Origin: Ascoidea asiatica JCM 7603
Lineage: Eukaryota; Fungi; Ascomycota
Direction: 5' to 3'
Length of the DNA: 64,000 bases
Assembly (NCBI GenBank): GCA_001600695.1
Contig: BCKQ01000024.1
Location: 1 to 64,000 of the forward strand
Under the pieces are notes generated by a model. That model searched no databases. It worked only from the letters and a program-made list of their open reading frames with translations, and had not been told where the DNA came from. This document shows, piece by piece, positions 35,650-45,771 of this stretch (its first letter is position 1; each line of letters begins with the position of its first letter). Position numbers and translations under genes: made by a program.

Positions 35650-38600
35650 ATGACTGAAACTATGAAATCTTTATCTAAAAAATTTAATGACAACATTGCC
35701 TTAAATAAAGTTACATTTAATAAAATGGATAAACAAATTACATCAGTTAGCAAATGAATCAACAAACTTAGATCTGAGGTAAATGAAAGAGTTAAAAATC
35801 AAGATTCAAATACGTTTAAATACCGTAAGCATTTTTATGATTTAAGATCTACTATTTCAAGTCAAACATTGGATATAGATTTTATTAAAGATATCCTTAA
35901 AGCCATTACATCTTTTTATCTAAAACGTCTACAATCAATGATCCTGTTGCTCAAATTAAACAGGAAGATGCTTCTGCTTCAGTTACAACTAGTGCTACAG
36001 CTAATAAAAATGTTGCTGCCCCTCCAAATGTCAATACTACTGATGATGCTGATAACACTAGATTTTTTGAAGCTGAAGACAAAATTAAAGAAGAAATTCT
36101 TAAATCACCAACTATACCAGCTGCTGCTCCAAAAGTTCAAAAGCTTGCACAAGGTTTTCAAGCACCCAAACAAAATAACCCGAACATATTCACTGAACTG
36201 AATGAGTTTAATAACTGGAGATATGATCTCAATCAAATTAAATCTGATGAAATAAAGATTGACTCTGCTGCTTGGGGGAATCCGAAGGTTGAAAGTGTGT
36301 TACTTTGGCCAGGTATGGCTATAAACAGAGATACTTCTGGTATTGGTATGGATGGTACTTCAAAACCACCAAAATTAAAACAAAATTTAATTATTGAAGG
36401 TAGACAAGATAGAAAATTAATTCTAAAATTACAATCTATTGAAACTTACTTCAAAATGAATAGGTTAAGATATGATTTATGGGCTATAAATCTTTAAAAC
36501 TATATTCCAGAATCTATGAATTTAGAATGCATTAATTTTATTAGAACCATTGCAAGAAATGGTTTAAAAAACCCTTCATGGCGTGCTGCCTGTGCTTTCA
36601 TTCTCGGAGATATAGACACAGATCAAAATTATAGAGCATTAATTCAACAATTCAAAGAAATTAAACCTTCTTAAAATAAAAAAGTTGTTGATTATATTAC
36701 AAGATTTAGAAATTCTTATGAAAGTCTTCCTTTAAATGCTGTTTCTAGTACTTTCATGAGATCAACAATTATTTCTGGAATTAAAAATGAATTTCCTCAT
36801 CAAACTCAATGGGAATCAAAATTTCCATCCAAAACAACTATTGAATTGTTCAACAAATTACTTAACTTGTTCAGTTCAAGAGATGTTTTTACAGCTGTTT
36901 CAAATAAAGTTATTATTGACAATGATATTTATAAGTTCAATAATCTTAAATCAATTTTGGAATCAAACTCAAAGGAAAACTTCAATGCAATTATTTCCAC
37001 AACCAAAACTTGTGATTTCTGTAATCTCCCAGGACATTTCAGAAATACTTGTTTCTGGTATAGAAAATACAAAAAAATTGCTGAAACCGAAGCTGCAAAT
37101 AGAAAATCAAAAGGTAATTCCAATTCTAAATACAAAAACAAATATGAAAAGAAGTCTAGTTACAGAATTGCTGAAGAAGGAGTGGAGGAAGACCAATCTG
37201 AAAAGTCAGAGCTGGAACTGACGTCAGAATCCTTTTCTGACGATGAACATTTTAGATTAATTAACACCAACAACAAAAAGTTTCCTAATAGGTATTTCAA
37301 TTCTTCTGTTAATGATTAAAATATGAAAACTCTTTTCGATACTGGTGCTGAATCCAACTATGTTTTTGAATCATCCTTAAAAGGCTTGGAAATCAAAATG
37401 CTACAGCGTAAGCCTACAACAATCCATGGCTTTACAGGGACAATGATAGTCAAGAATGATGTCATTTTACCACTATTCACTGAAAACTTTGGTTTAATTG
37501 ACATTAAATGTGCTGTTTTGCCAGAAAGTTCAACAAAAGCTTTCGATATTACTATTGGAAGTAGATTTCTCTACGACCATAAATTTTGTGCAAAAGGTAG
37601 TGATAGATTTTCAATTATGCTTTTTAACCAAGATAAAAAATGTATTGTGAGTCCAGAAAATGTTGATGAATTAGAAAAATTTTATGTCTCAACATCACAG
37701 TCAAATGAGGAACAAGTGTTTGATCTTAAGAGATACTCTTACTTAAATGATTCAACTCCAAGATTACCTCCAGAAAGACTGTTTAAACACACTATTGAAA
37801 CAACTTCTGAAACACCAATTTATATTGGAAGTTACAACTATAGTCATCTTCAACAAAAATTCATTGATGAATTTGTTAAATCAAATCTAGAAGCTGGATT
37901 AATTTCTGAAACTAAAAGTGGTTGGAACTTTCCATTAGTTCTTGTTCCAAAAGATGATACAACTTATAGAGTTTGCGTTGATTATAGGAAATTAAAGGCT
38001 ATTAGTGTTAGGCATTATTTTCCTTTGCCATCTATTGATATTTGCCTAAATAAACTCAATGGTGCTAAATACTTCACTTGTTTGGATATGAAAAATGGCT
38101 TTTACCAAATTGCTTTAGATAATGATAGTAAAACTAAAACTGCTTTTTCTTCGAATTCAAGTCATTATCAATTCAATGTCATGCCTTTTGGCTTAGTCAA
38201 TGGTACTTATACCGTTCAATCATTTATGATGAAAATTTTAGGGCACCTACCTTATGTTATGGTTTATGTTGATGATATAATTATTTACAGCCATAATAAA
38301 GCAGATCATATTGATCAAGTTAATGAGGTCCTTACTCAACTTGAAAAAGAAAAACTTTAATTAAATGTGAAGAAGTCAACCTTCTTTTGCAAAGAAGTTA
38401 AATTTTTAGGACATATTGTTTCCTCAGAAGGAATCAAAACTGATCCTACAAAGATCGAGAAAATCTTAAATTGGCCATTACCAAAATCAAATACTGATAT
38501 AAGAGGTTTTATTAACTTATTCTCATATTACCGAAAATTTATCTCAAATTTTTCTCAACAAATGATCCCACTTACAGATTTATTGGTTGGGTCTGCTAAA

Positions 38601-40460
38601 CCAGGAACAAAAATTGAATTAAAATTTTCTCAAATTGAATGCTTTACATCAATGAAAAAAACATTAACTACTGCTCCTGTTTTCAAAGCATTTGATCCTG
38701 AGAGAGTTGCATCTAACTTTGCTTTAGGTTGTGTATTACTCCAACCCTATAAAAATGAGAACACGGGAAAGATCCAATTATATCCTGTTGCTTTTGAATC
38801 AAGAAAATTTTCAAAAACACAACAAAAGTATTCTGCTCAAGAGAGAGAACTTTTAGCTGTTGTTCATTCATTGATTGATTTTCAAAAATATATTGAAGGA
38901 TGCAAAATTATTGTTAGAACCGATCATGAATCTCTTCAATATATTAGAAATAAATCAGATCCTGGAAAAAGAGTTAGGAAATTCACTGAAATCATTGAAC
39001 ATTATGATTGTGATATTCAATATAAGCCTGGAAAACAAAATGTGGTTCCTGATTTACTATCAAGAAGGACTGATTTGGTTGATGAAAAAGCAAATGAGAC
39101 ATTAATGGAGATTGATGAACTTAATGAAACTGAAACTCAGATTAAAACCATCAAATCAATTAAGGATTTGTGTAAAGTCGATCTTATTAGAATTAAAGAA
39201 TTTTTTCAAAATAAAGAAATTCCTAAAAATATGAGTTCTAAATTTATGTTTGCTAACTTTATTTTCTATGATAATCAAGTACATATTAGAATTAAAGATC
39301 GTTTAGCTATTGTTTTAAGTGAAGATAAGTTTAAGGAAGTCTCTGAAAAAGCTCATCTTTCAAATGCTCACTGTTCCATTGGAAATCTAGAAAACATGGT
39401 AAATCAAAAATACTTTCATCCTGATAGTATTCTATTATTTCAAGAAGTTATTAGAGTTTGTCCTCATTGTCAGCTTATAAGAAAGCCATCAGCTATTTGT
39501 AAGACATTAACTCCAATTCCTTCTGCAACAGCCTTCTCAAGATGGGGAATGGATTATATTGGTCCTTTTCAAAAAACTTCATCTGGAAATACATTTTGTA
39601 GCACTGCAATTGATTATTGTACAGATTATGCTTATGCTGTTGCAACACCAGATACTGGCTCGTTACATGTTTTAAATTTAATTCAAACTATCGTCACTAA
39701 CCATGGTCAAATGAAAGAAATAATTATAGATAATGGTTCTGGGTTTGTTGCAAATAATGTTATTGAGAAATTAGATTCCTTAGGAATTAAATGTCGCAAA
39801 ACCACTCCATATTACCCAGAGACTAATGGTAAATGTGAGAAGTTAAATGGTTTATTCAAACAAATTTTTTAATTTCATTTGAGTGATTCCTCAGAATGGG
39901 ACCTCCATATCAATGCTGCAATAAATTAATACAGGTCAAGAAAGTCAGAATATGGGTTTTCACCTTACTTTCTAGCTTTTCGTGTATATTGAGGTTCAAG
40001 CAATAATAGGCAACGTTACGCAAGCGAACCCACGGATCCCGAGGATCAAGAAGCTACTCAATCACGAGTCTTACAAATTTAAAAACTAAATAACAAAGGA
40101 AAGCAACATTCCAAAATTAAATGGAACATTGCAAATACCAAAACGAAACATCAAAAAGACAAAGCATTCATTCAAGTTCTTAAAGTGGGTAATTATGTTT
40201 TATGAAAAAAAGTTAGAAAACACGAATTAGAACCATATTATGATGGTCCACACATTTTCAAAAAGGTTTTTGATAATAATGTTTAGAAACTTTCTACTTT
40301 AAACGGTGCTGATGTTAAAAATAAAGTAAATGGCAATAGTTTATTTCCAACTTTTACTGACAGTATGCATCCAAATAAAAACTTTTTCAATCATTCTTAA
40401 AAATTGCTAAATGGTGATAGATCAAGATTAACAAAAATTTCAATGGCCTTTAATTTGCAA
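35650..40460 (+). pseudogene. Disrupted gag-pol of the Ty3/gypsy element
   Basis: ATG at 35650, TGA at 35755, frameshift near 35915. After that one frame carries TAA stops at 36495, 36672, 37317, 38358, 39870 and 39927. CDFCNLPGHFRNTC knuckle. RNase H has lost the TD of the TDAS motif (AFDPERV-ASNFALG). More stops in the integrase tail. The end coordinate is approximate. Confidence 0.9.
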
Positions 40461-40473
40461 TTGTGGGGCTATT

Positions 40474-40963
40474 TGATTGCTAATCATTTTGTTCTTTTAT
40501 TGGAATTGTCTTCGAATATTCTAGGCGATTCTTAGACCTTCTAGGATTGCATAGATTGTTCTACGACTACATTCTATTGCGTTCTCAGAACTTCCGGGTG
40601 CATGTTAAATGTACTAGAACGTTCTGGGTCTGCATTATTTATTCTTTCTTCAAAGTTCTGTGTGCATGTCAAATGTACTGGAATCTTCGTGTTTGTTTTT
40701 AAAATAACGTAGCGTCTTCTAGAACAATACTTTATTTTATTTCTTTTCTTAAGTATGGGAAACGAACTTTCACATACTAAATTTACAAATTTATTCTTAA
40801 GATGGGTTACCCGCTCCTATTTTCCACTAATATAAATAGGGCACTTACCTCCCATATTTTTTGTATAATTTTTATATATTTTATATTTTAATTAACAATT
40901 GTTTATAATTTGAATTAGATATCTTCTTAGTAATAATTAGATATTTCGTTCGAACTACAATCA
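40474..40963 (+). repeat. 3' LTR (490 bp)
   Basis: Direct copy of the 5' LTR with roughly 30 substitutions and two small indels by eye. Preceded by a short G-rich tract (GTGGGG) and ends ACAATCA. Confidence 0.93.
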
Positions 40964-41758
40964 TTATCACAAAACCGTTTTGGTTGGACCAAAGCAGGCG
41001 GAAAAAGGTTACGAACTATATCCGAATAGAAAAACCACAATTAGTGCCACAATTAGTGAGTGATTTATACTGAAGGACTTTATATTACACTAATATTGGT
41101 GATAATCAAGATATTTTGAGTTATTTAACAAATACTACTAATACATTACCTACTGAAGTTAAAAGATAACGAAGAAAGTATTATGTAACTTATGCCAGTC
41201 GGCCAATGAGTTCGATCCTTAGTTATTAAAGTGATTGCTTGAAGATTAAAGGAAAGTTTTTCCACTGGCTGAAATTTCATTTGAATTATTTTTATAAATT
41301 TGGGAAATTAAAGTAAAGAAAATGAAATTTTATATAATTTTTATCCAGTAATTTCTCTCTGTATTTATAAGCCTATGTTAAAATACTGTCTATGAAAGAA
41401 TTATTCAGTTTGTTGTCATTTGATTATACATAAAAATTATTTATAGTTTTAACCATTAAAGCCTTATGGCATATCATTAAAAATTTAGATTTTAAAAATA
41501 TTCTTTAATTCAGTATTTTGAAAATCGATAATTAAAAAACCGAAGTACAAAATTTTAAATAATATTTAATAATATTTCAAATAGTATAAATACTTGCCTA
41601 ATTAATCAACTATTAAAAATTCTTTTTCTTGGATTTTTTACTATTTATTATTAATTTCTATTATATTACATTTCATATACCTCATACCTATAAAATATTA
41701 AGTGTATAATATATTATCATAACATATAATATTCAATAAAATAATTAATTAAAATAAA

Positions 41759-42901
41759 ATGAGTAAATATCCAGAAGAATTTGAAGGATTTGGAGTAATT
41801 AATGATTGGAAAAATCCAACATTACAATCATTTGAACCAAAAGTTTTTGGAGATTATGATATTGATATTGAAATTGAATGTTGTGGAGTTTGTGGATCAG
41901 ATTTATTAACTGCAAAAGGTGGTGATCATGGTTGGGGTGAATTAAAAATTCATTCAAATAATAATAAATTCAATCAAAAATGTCAAGTTGTTGGTCATGA
42001 AATTGTTGGAAAAGTTTTAAAAATTGGTTCAAAAGTTAAATATCATAAAATTGGTGATAGAGTAGGTGTTGGTGCACAATCTGCTTCCTGTCTTAAATGT
42101 AATAGATGTTTAAATGATAATGAACAATATTGCCCAAAACAAACTGTAACTTATGATGGTTATTATCCTGATGGTTATATAAGTCAAGGTGGTTATGCAT
42201 CACATGCAAGAGTTCATGAACATTTTGTTTTTTCAATTCCAGATGAAATTGAAAGTAAATATGTTGCTCCATTATTATGTGGTGGTTTAACAGTTTATTC
42301 ACCATTAGTTAGAAATTCAAATTTTGGTGAAAAATCTTTAAAAGGTAAAAATGTTGGAATTTTAGGTATTGGTGGTTTAGGTCATATGGCTATAATGATT
42401 GCAAAAGCTTTAGGTGCAAAAGTTTGGGCATTTTCAAGATCAAATTCAAAAAAAGATCAAGCTTTAAAAATGGGTGCAGATTATTATATTGCAACTGGTA
42501 TTGAAAAAAATTGGAATGAAAAACTATTTGATAATTTTGATTTAATATTAAATTGTGCTTCTGGATTAAGTGGAATTGCAATTGATCAATTTTTAAATGT
42601 TTTAAAAGTTGAAGGTAGATTTACATCTGTTGGTTTACCTGAAGAAGGTGCACATTTTGAAATTAGTCCTGCAAGTTTAATGGGTAGTGGATGCCATGTA
42701 TCAACTTCAGGTTTAGGTTCAAGAGAAGAAGCAATGGATTTATTAAATTTAGCTGTTAAATATAATATTAAACCATGGGTTGAAGAAATTCCAATTAGTG
42801 AGGCTGGTGTTCATGAAAGTTTAACTAGATTAGATAAAGGTGATGTTCGTTATAGATTTGTATTAACTAAATTTCATGAAGCCTTTGGTACTGGTAAATA
42901 A
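41759..42901 (+). CDS. NADPH-dependent cinnamyl-type alcohol dehydrogenase (ADH6/ADH7-like), copy B
   Basis: Same motif set as copy A, and closely similar to it along the whole length. Confidence 0.95.
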   Translation: MSKYPEEFEGFGVINDWKNPTLQSFEPKVFGDYDIDIEIECCGVCGSDLLTAKGGDHGWGELKIHSNNNKFNQKCQVVGHEIVGKVLKIGSKVKYHKIGDRVGVGAQSASCLKCNRCLNDNEQYCPKQTVTYDGYYPDGYISQGGYASHARVHEHFVFSIPDEIESKYVAPLLCGGLTVYSPLVRNSNFGEKSLKGKNVGILGIGGLGHMAIMIAKALGAKVWAFSRSNSKKDQALKMGADYYIATGIEKNWNEKLFDNFDLILNCASGLSGIAIDQFLNVLKVEGRFTSVGLPEEGAHFEISPASLMGSGCHVSTSGLGSREEAMDLLNLAVKYNIKPWVEEIPISEAGVHESLTRLDKGDVRYRFVLTKFHEAFGTGK

Positions 42902-43656
42902 ATAATTGGGTTTTTATTTTAATTTTTTTTTCATTTTTTTCATGTTTTCATGTTTTCATTCTCATAACAAACAAAACATAAATCACTTTTAAATCTTCAT
43001 ATAGCTTTGCATTTTCTTTGTATAGTATAAGTATCAGAAACTACCTATGTCAATAAATATATCATAATATATCATAAGATCTTTTTAAATCTTATATTTT
43101 CTTATTATTCCATGATGGGTCTGTTTATGCCCCACCACGGTGGATTCAATGAACTACCAGCGGGCCCTGCATCAAAAATAAAACCCAGTTCTGTGGGACC
43201 TACAGCGTAGTTTATCCGTCTTTTCAGGGCTCTAACCGTTTTTACACTCGGCTGCTTCTTCCGCGTGACTTGCCGTGTCGTTGTTTCAGCGGTGGCCTCA
43301 CCGCGGTCTCAGACCTCTGTTTCTCAACAGCGCTGACCTTGCATTCCAGCCAAATTTCAAACTTTCTCACTGAAAAAGCAGTTTAGCTTTGGATAATCAA
43401 ATAAACAACAACTTAATTAGTTACCTAGATAATCAAATAAACATCCAAATATATTACATCAGTATCTGAAGTAGTATCACTATTGTTCAATTGTAATCAA
43501 TCAATTAATTCCATTTTAAATATCATCTTCTGAAGAAGTTATAAATGATTATTTATTTATCTCTATTTAATTCAAGATTTCCTTTCAAATTTTCCACATA
43601 ATTCATTATACTTTTTCCAAAACATAATAAAATAATAAAATAATCAATAATAAATA

Positions 43657-45066
43657 ATGGTTTTAACAGAAGTAACAATATCTGCAATTTTAACTTTTGT
43701 CTTTACAAAAGTCTTTGATAATCAACAATATAAAAAAAATTCAAAGAAAATCAATGATAGTTTAAAAAATCAATTTACTTTAGAATTAGAAGAAAATAAT
43801 AAAAAATTTGAAAATGATTTACAATTAAAAATTAAAATTATAAACGAAAAAAATATTCAATTAACAAAATTATCTGAAGATTTTAAAAATTTAAATTTAA
43901 AATTTGAAAAATTAATTAATTCTGAAAATTTATTAAAAATTGAAAATTTAAATTTTAAGAAAAAAATTGATTTAAATTCAATTGAATTTAAAAATTTAAA
44001 TGAAAAAATTAACTTAAATGATAAAAATATTTCAAATTTGAATAATGATATTAATAATTTTAAAAAAAATTTAATTGAAAAAGAAAATTTAATTAAAGAT
44101 TTAAGTTCAAAAATTACTTTAAACGATAAAAAAATTATTGATTTGAATAAAAATAAAACTTCTTTACAAAATGAAATTAATGATTTGAAAATTAAGTTAA
44201 CTTCAAAAGATAAAGAATTTTCAGATTTGAAAACTATTTCAATTACAAAAGATAAAGAAATATCTGATCTTAAAACAAAATCTAGTTCAAAAGATAAAGA
44301 ATTAACTGAATTAACAACTAAATCTGCTTCAAAAGATAAAGAAATAAATGAGTTAAAAACTAAATTTGCTTCAAAAGATAAAGAATTATCTGAATTAAAA
44401 GCTCTTTCAATTACAAAAGACAAAGAAATAAGTGACTTAAAAGCAAATTCTGTTTCAAAAGACAAAGAATTAACTGAATGGAAAACTAAATCTACCTCAA
44501 AAGATAAAGAAATAACTGATTTGAAAGCTGCTTCAGTTACAAAAGATAAAGAAATCACTGATTTAAAGACTAAATCATCATCAAAAGACAAAGAATTAAC
44601 TGACTTAAAAGCTGTTTCTGTTACAAAGGATAAAGAAATAGCTGATTTAAAGACCAAATCTGCTTCAAAAGAGAAAGAATTAACAGAGTTAAAGACTAAA
44701 TCATCTTCAAAAGATAAAGAAATATCAGATTTAAAAACTGTTTCAACTACAAAAGATAAAGAAGTAACTGATTTAAAAGCTAAATTCGCTTCCAAAGATA
44801 AAGAATTAACTGATTTCAAAACTAAATCTGTTTCAACAGGAAAGGAGTTATCTGATTTAAAAGCTAAAGCAACTTCAAAAGATAAAGAGATAACTGATTT
44901 AAAATCAAAAATCACCTCTAATGAAAAAGAAATCAATGAATTAAAAGTAAAAGTTGCCCAAAAACTTATTGAGAAAACTGTTGAAAACCCAACAGAAAAA
45001 CCAGTTGAAAAGGCTGCAGAAAAATCTATTGAAGAGCCAGCTAAACCTAAACCTGTTGCTGCTTAA
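43657..45066 (+). CDS. Orphan coiled-coil protein with hydrophobic N-terminus and 18 tandem 14-aa repeats
   Basis: 469 aa with ATG in A-rich context and host codon bias. N-terminal segment VTISAILTFVFTKVF, heptad-patterned middle, repeats xSKDKE(I/L)(T/S)(D/E)LKxxS, and an E/K/P/A-rich tail. Confidence 0.88.
   Translation: MVLTEVTISAILTFVFTKVFDNQQYKKNSKKINDSLKNQFTLELEENNKKFENDLQLKIKIINEKNIQLTKLSEDFKNLNLKFEKLINSENLLKIENLNFKKKIDLNSIEFKNLNEKINLNDKNISNLNNDINNFKKNLIEKENLIKDLSSKITLNDKKIIDLNKNKTSLQNEINDLKIKLTSKDKEFSDLKTISITKDKEISDLKTKSSSKDKELTELTTKSASKDKEINELKTKFASKDKELSELKALSITKDKEISDLKANSVSKDKELTEWKTKSTSKDKEITDLKAASVTKDKEITDLKTKSSSKDKELTDLKAVSVTKDKEIADLKTKSASKEKELTELKTKSSSKDKEISDLKTVSTTKDKEVTDLKAKFASKDKELTDFKTKSVSTGKELSDLKAKATSKDKEITDLKSKITSNEKEINELKVKVAQKLIEKTVENPTEKPVEKAAEKSIEEPAKPKPVAA
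44200..44955 (+). repeat. 42-bp coding minisatellite, 18 units
   Basis: Units run from TSKDKEFSDLKTIS to TSNEKEINELKVKV. 18 x 42 = 756 bp with no indels, and units differ at synonymous sites. Confidence 0.92.
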
Positions 45067-45771
45067 ATGCTTTGATTAGATTTCATTTGGTTCTACTTTA
45101 TTATTTGAATATATCTCTTATTTAAAATTTTGGTTACTATTGTCTATATTGCTTTCTATTTTTTATCTCTAAATTTACTTATAACTGAATTACTTGGTAT
45201 GGTTAACTACTTAATGCTTTTTTTAATATCTTTTATACACATTTTACATATCTTTTCATATCTTTTATATATCTCTTATTTATATATATTTTATCTAGTA
45301 TCTTTCTTAGTTTCTTTTTATAATTCGATATTTAAAAGTATTTTTTCAATCCAAAATGAATTTTAATATTAATTTTTTTGTTTATTAAAGAAACAGATGT
45401 ATACTCTATACTTTATAGTTATTAAGTTCTAAAATTAGAATAAAAATGATAACAAAGTGATTTCAAAAATGATTATGAATGATAAAAATGAAATTTTAAA
45501 TCCTCAGTGTAAAAAATCGAAAAAAATGTTTAAAAAAAGTTATTTGAAAAAAAGAACATTGACCAAAAAAAAAAAAAAAAAAAAAAAAGTAATAAAATTA
45601 ATATAAATTAATAAAAGAACCATGCTCTCAGAAATTAGAGTTAAATAAAGATTAAGGAAAAGAATAAAATATGACCGAATTATGATTGAAAAGTGAATAA
45701 AGAGTGATTAAATTAAGATTGCATTTTTATGATAAAATACTGAATTAGGAAGCGAATGAATATTAAAGCTT

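Larger units (their letters stand above)
34592..40963 (+). mobile_element. Full-length, inactivated Ty3/gypsy LTR retrotransposon
   Basis: Two direct LTRs with TGATTG...(C/A)AATCA ends. Internal order is gag (CCHC), protease (LFDTGA), RT (YVDD), RNase H, integrase (HHCC, D-D-E, GPY/F-like tail). No exact target-site duplication (ACCAT versus TTATC). Confidence 0.96.

Noticed and set aside
37317-37322. In-frame TAA between the CCHC region and protease as a programmed gag-pol readthrough
   Set aside because: The stop falls a few codons before the protease DTG motif, inside the domain, and similar TAA stops interrupt gag, RT and integrase. Nonsense decay is the simpler explanation.
34592-40963. 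RIP-like C-to-T hypermutation or TAA recoding to explain the many in-frame TAA stops
   Set aside because: LTR-to-LTR differences include many transversions and both directions of transition, and host genes use TAA as their main stop codon.
43857-44936. 359-aa antisense ORF over the 14-aa repeat gene
   Set aside because: It is a shadow of the 42-bp repeat, starts at a non-ATG codon, and the sense frame has the host codon bias.
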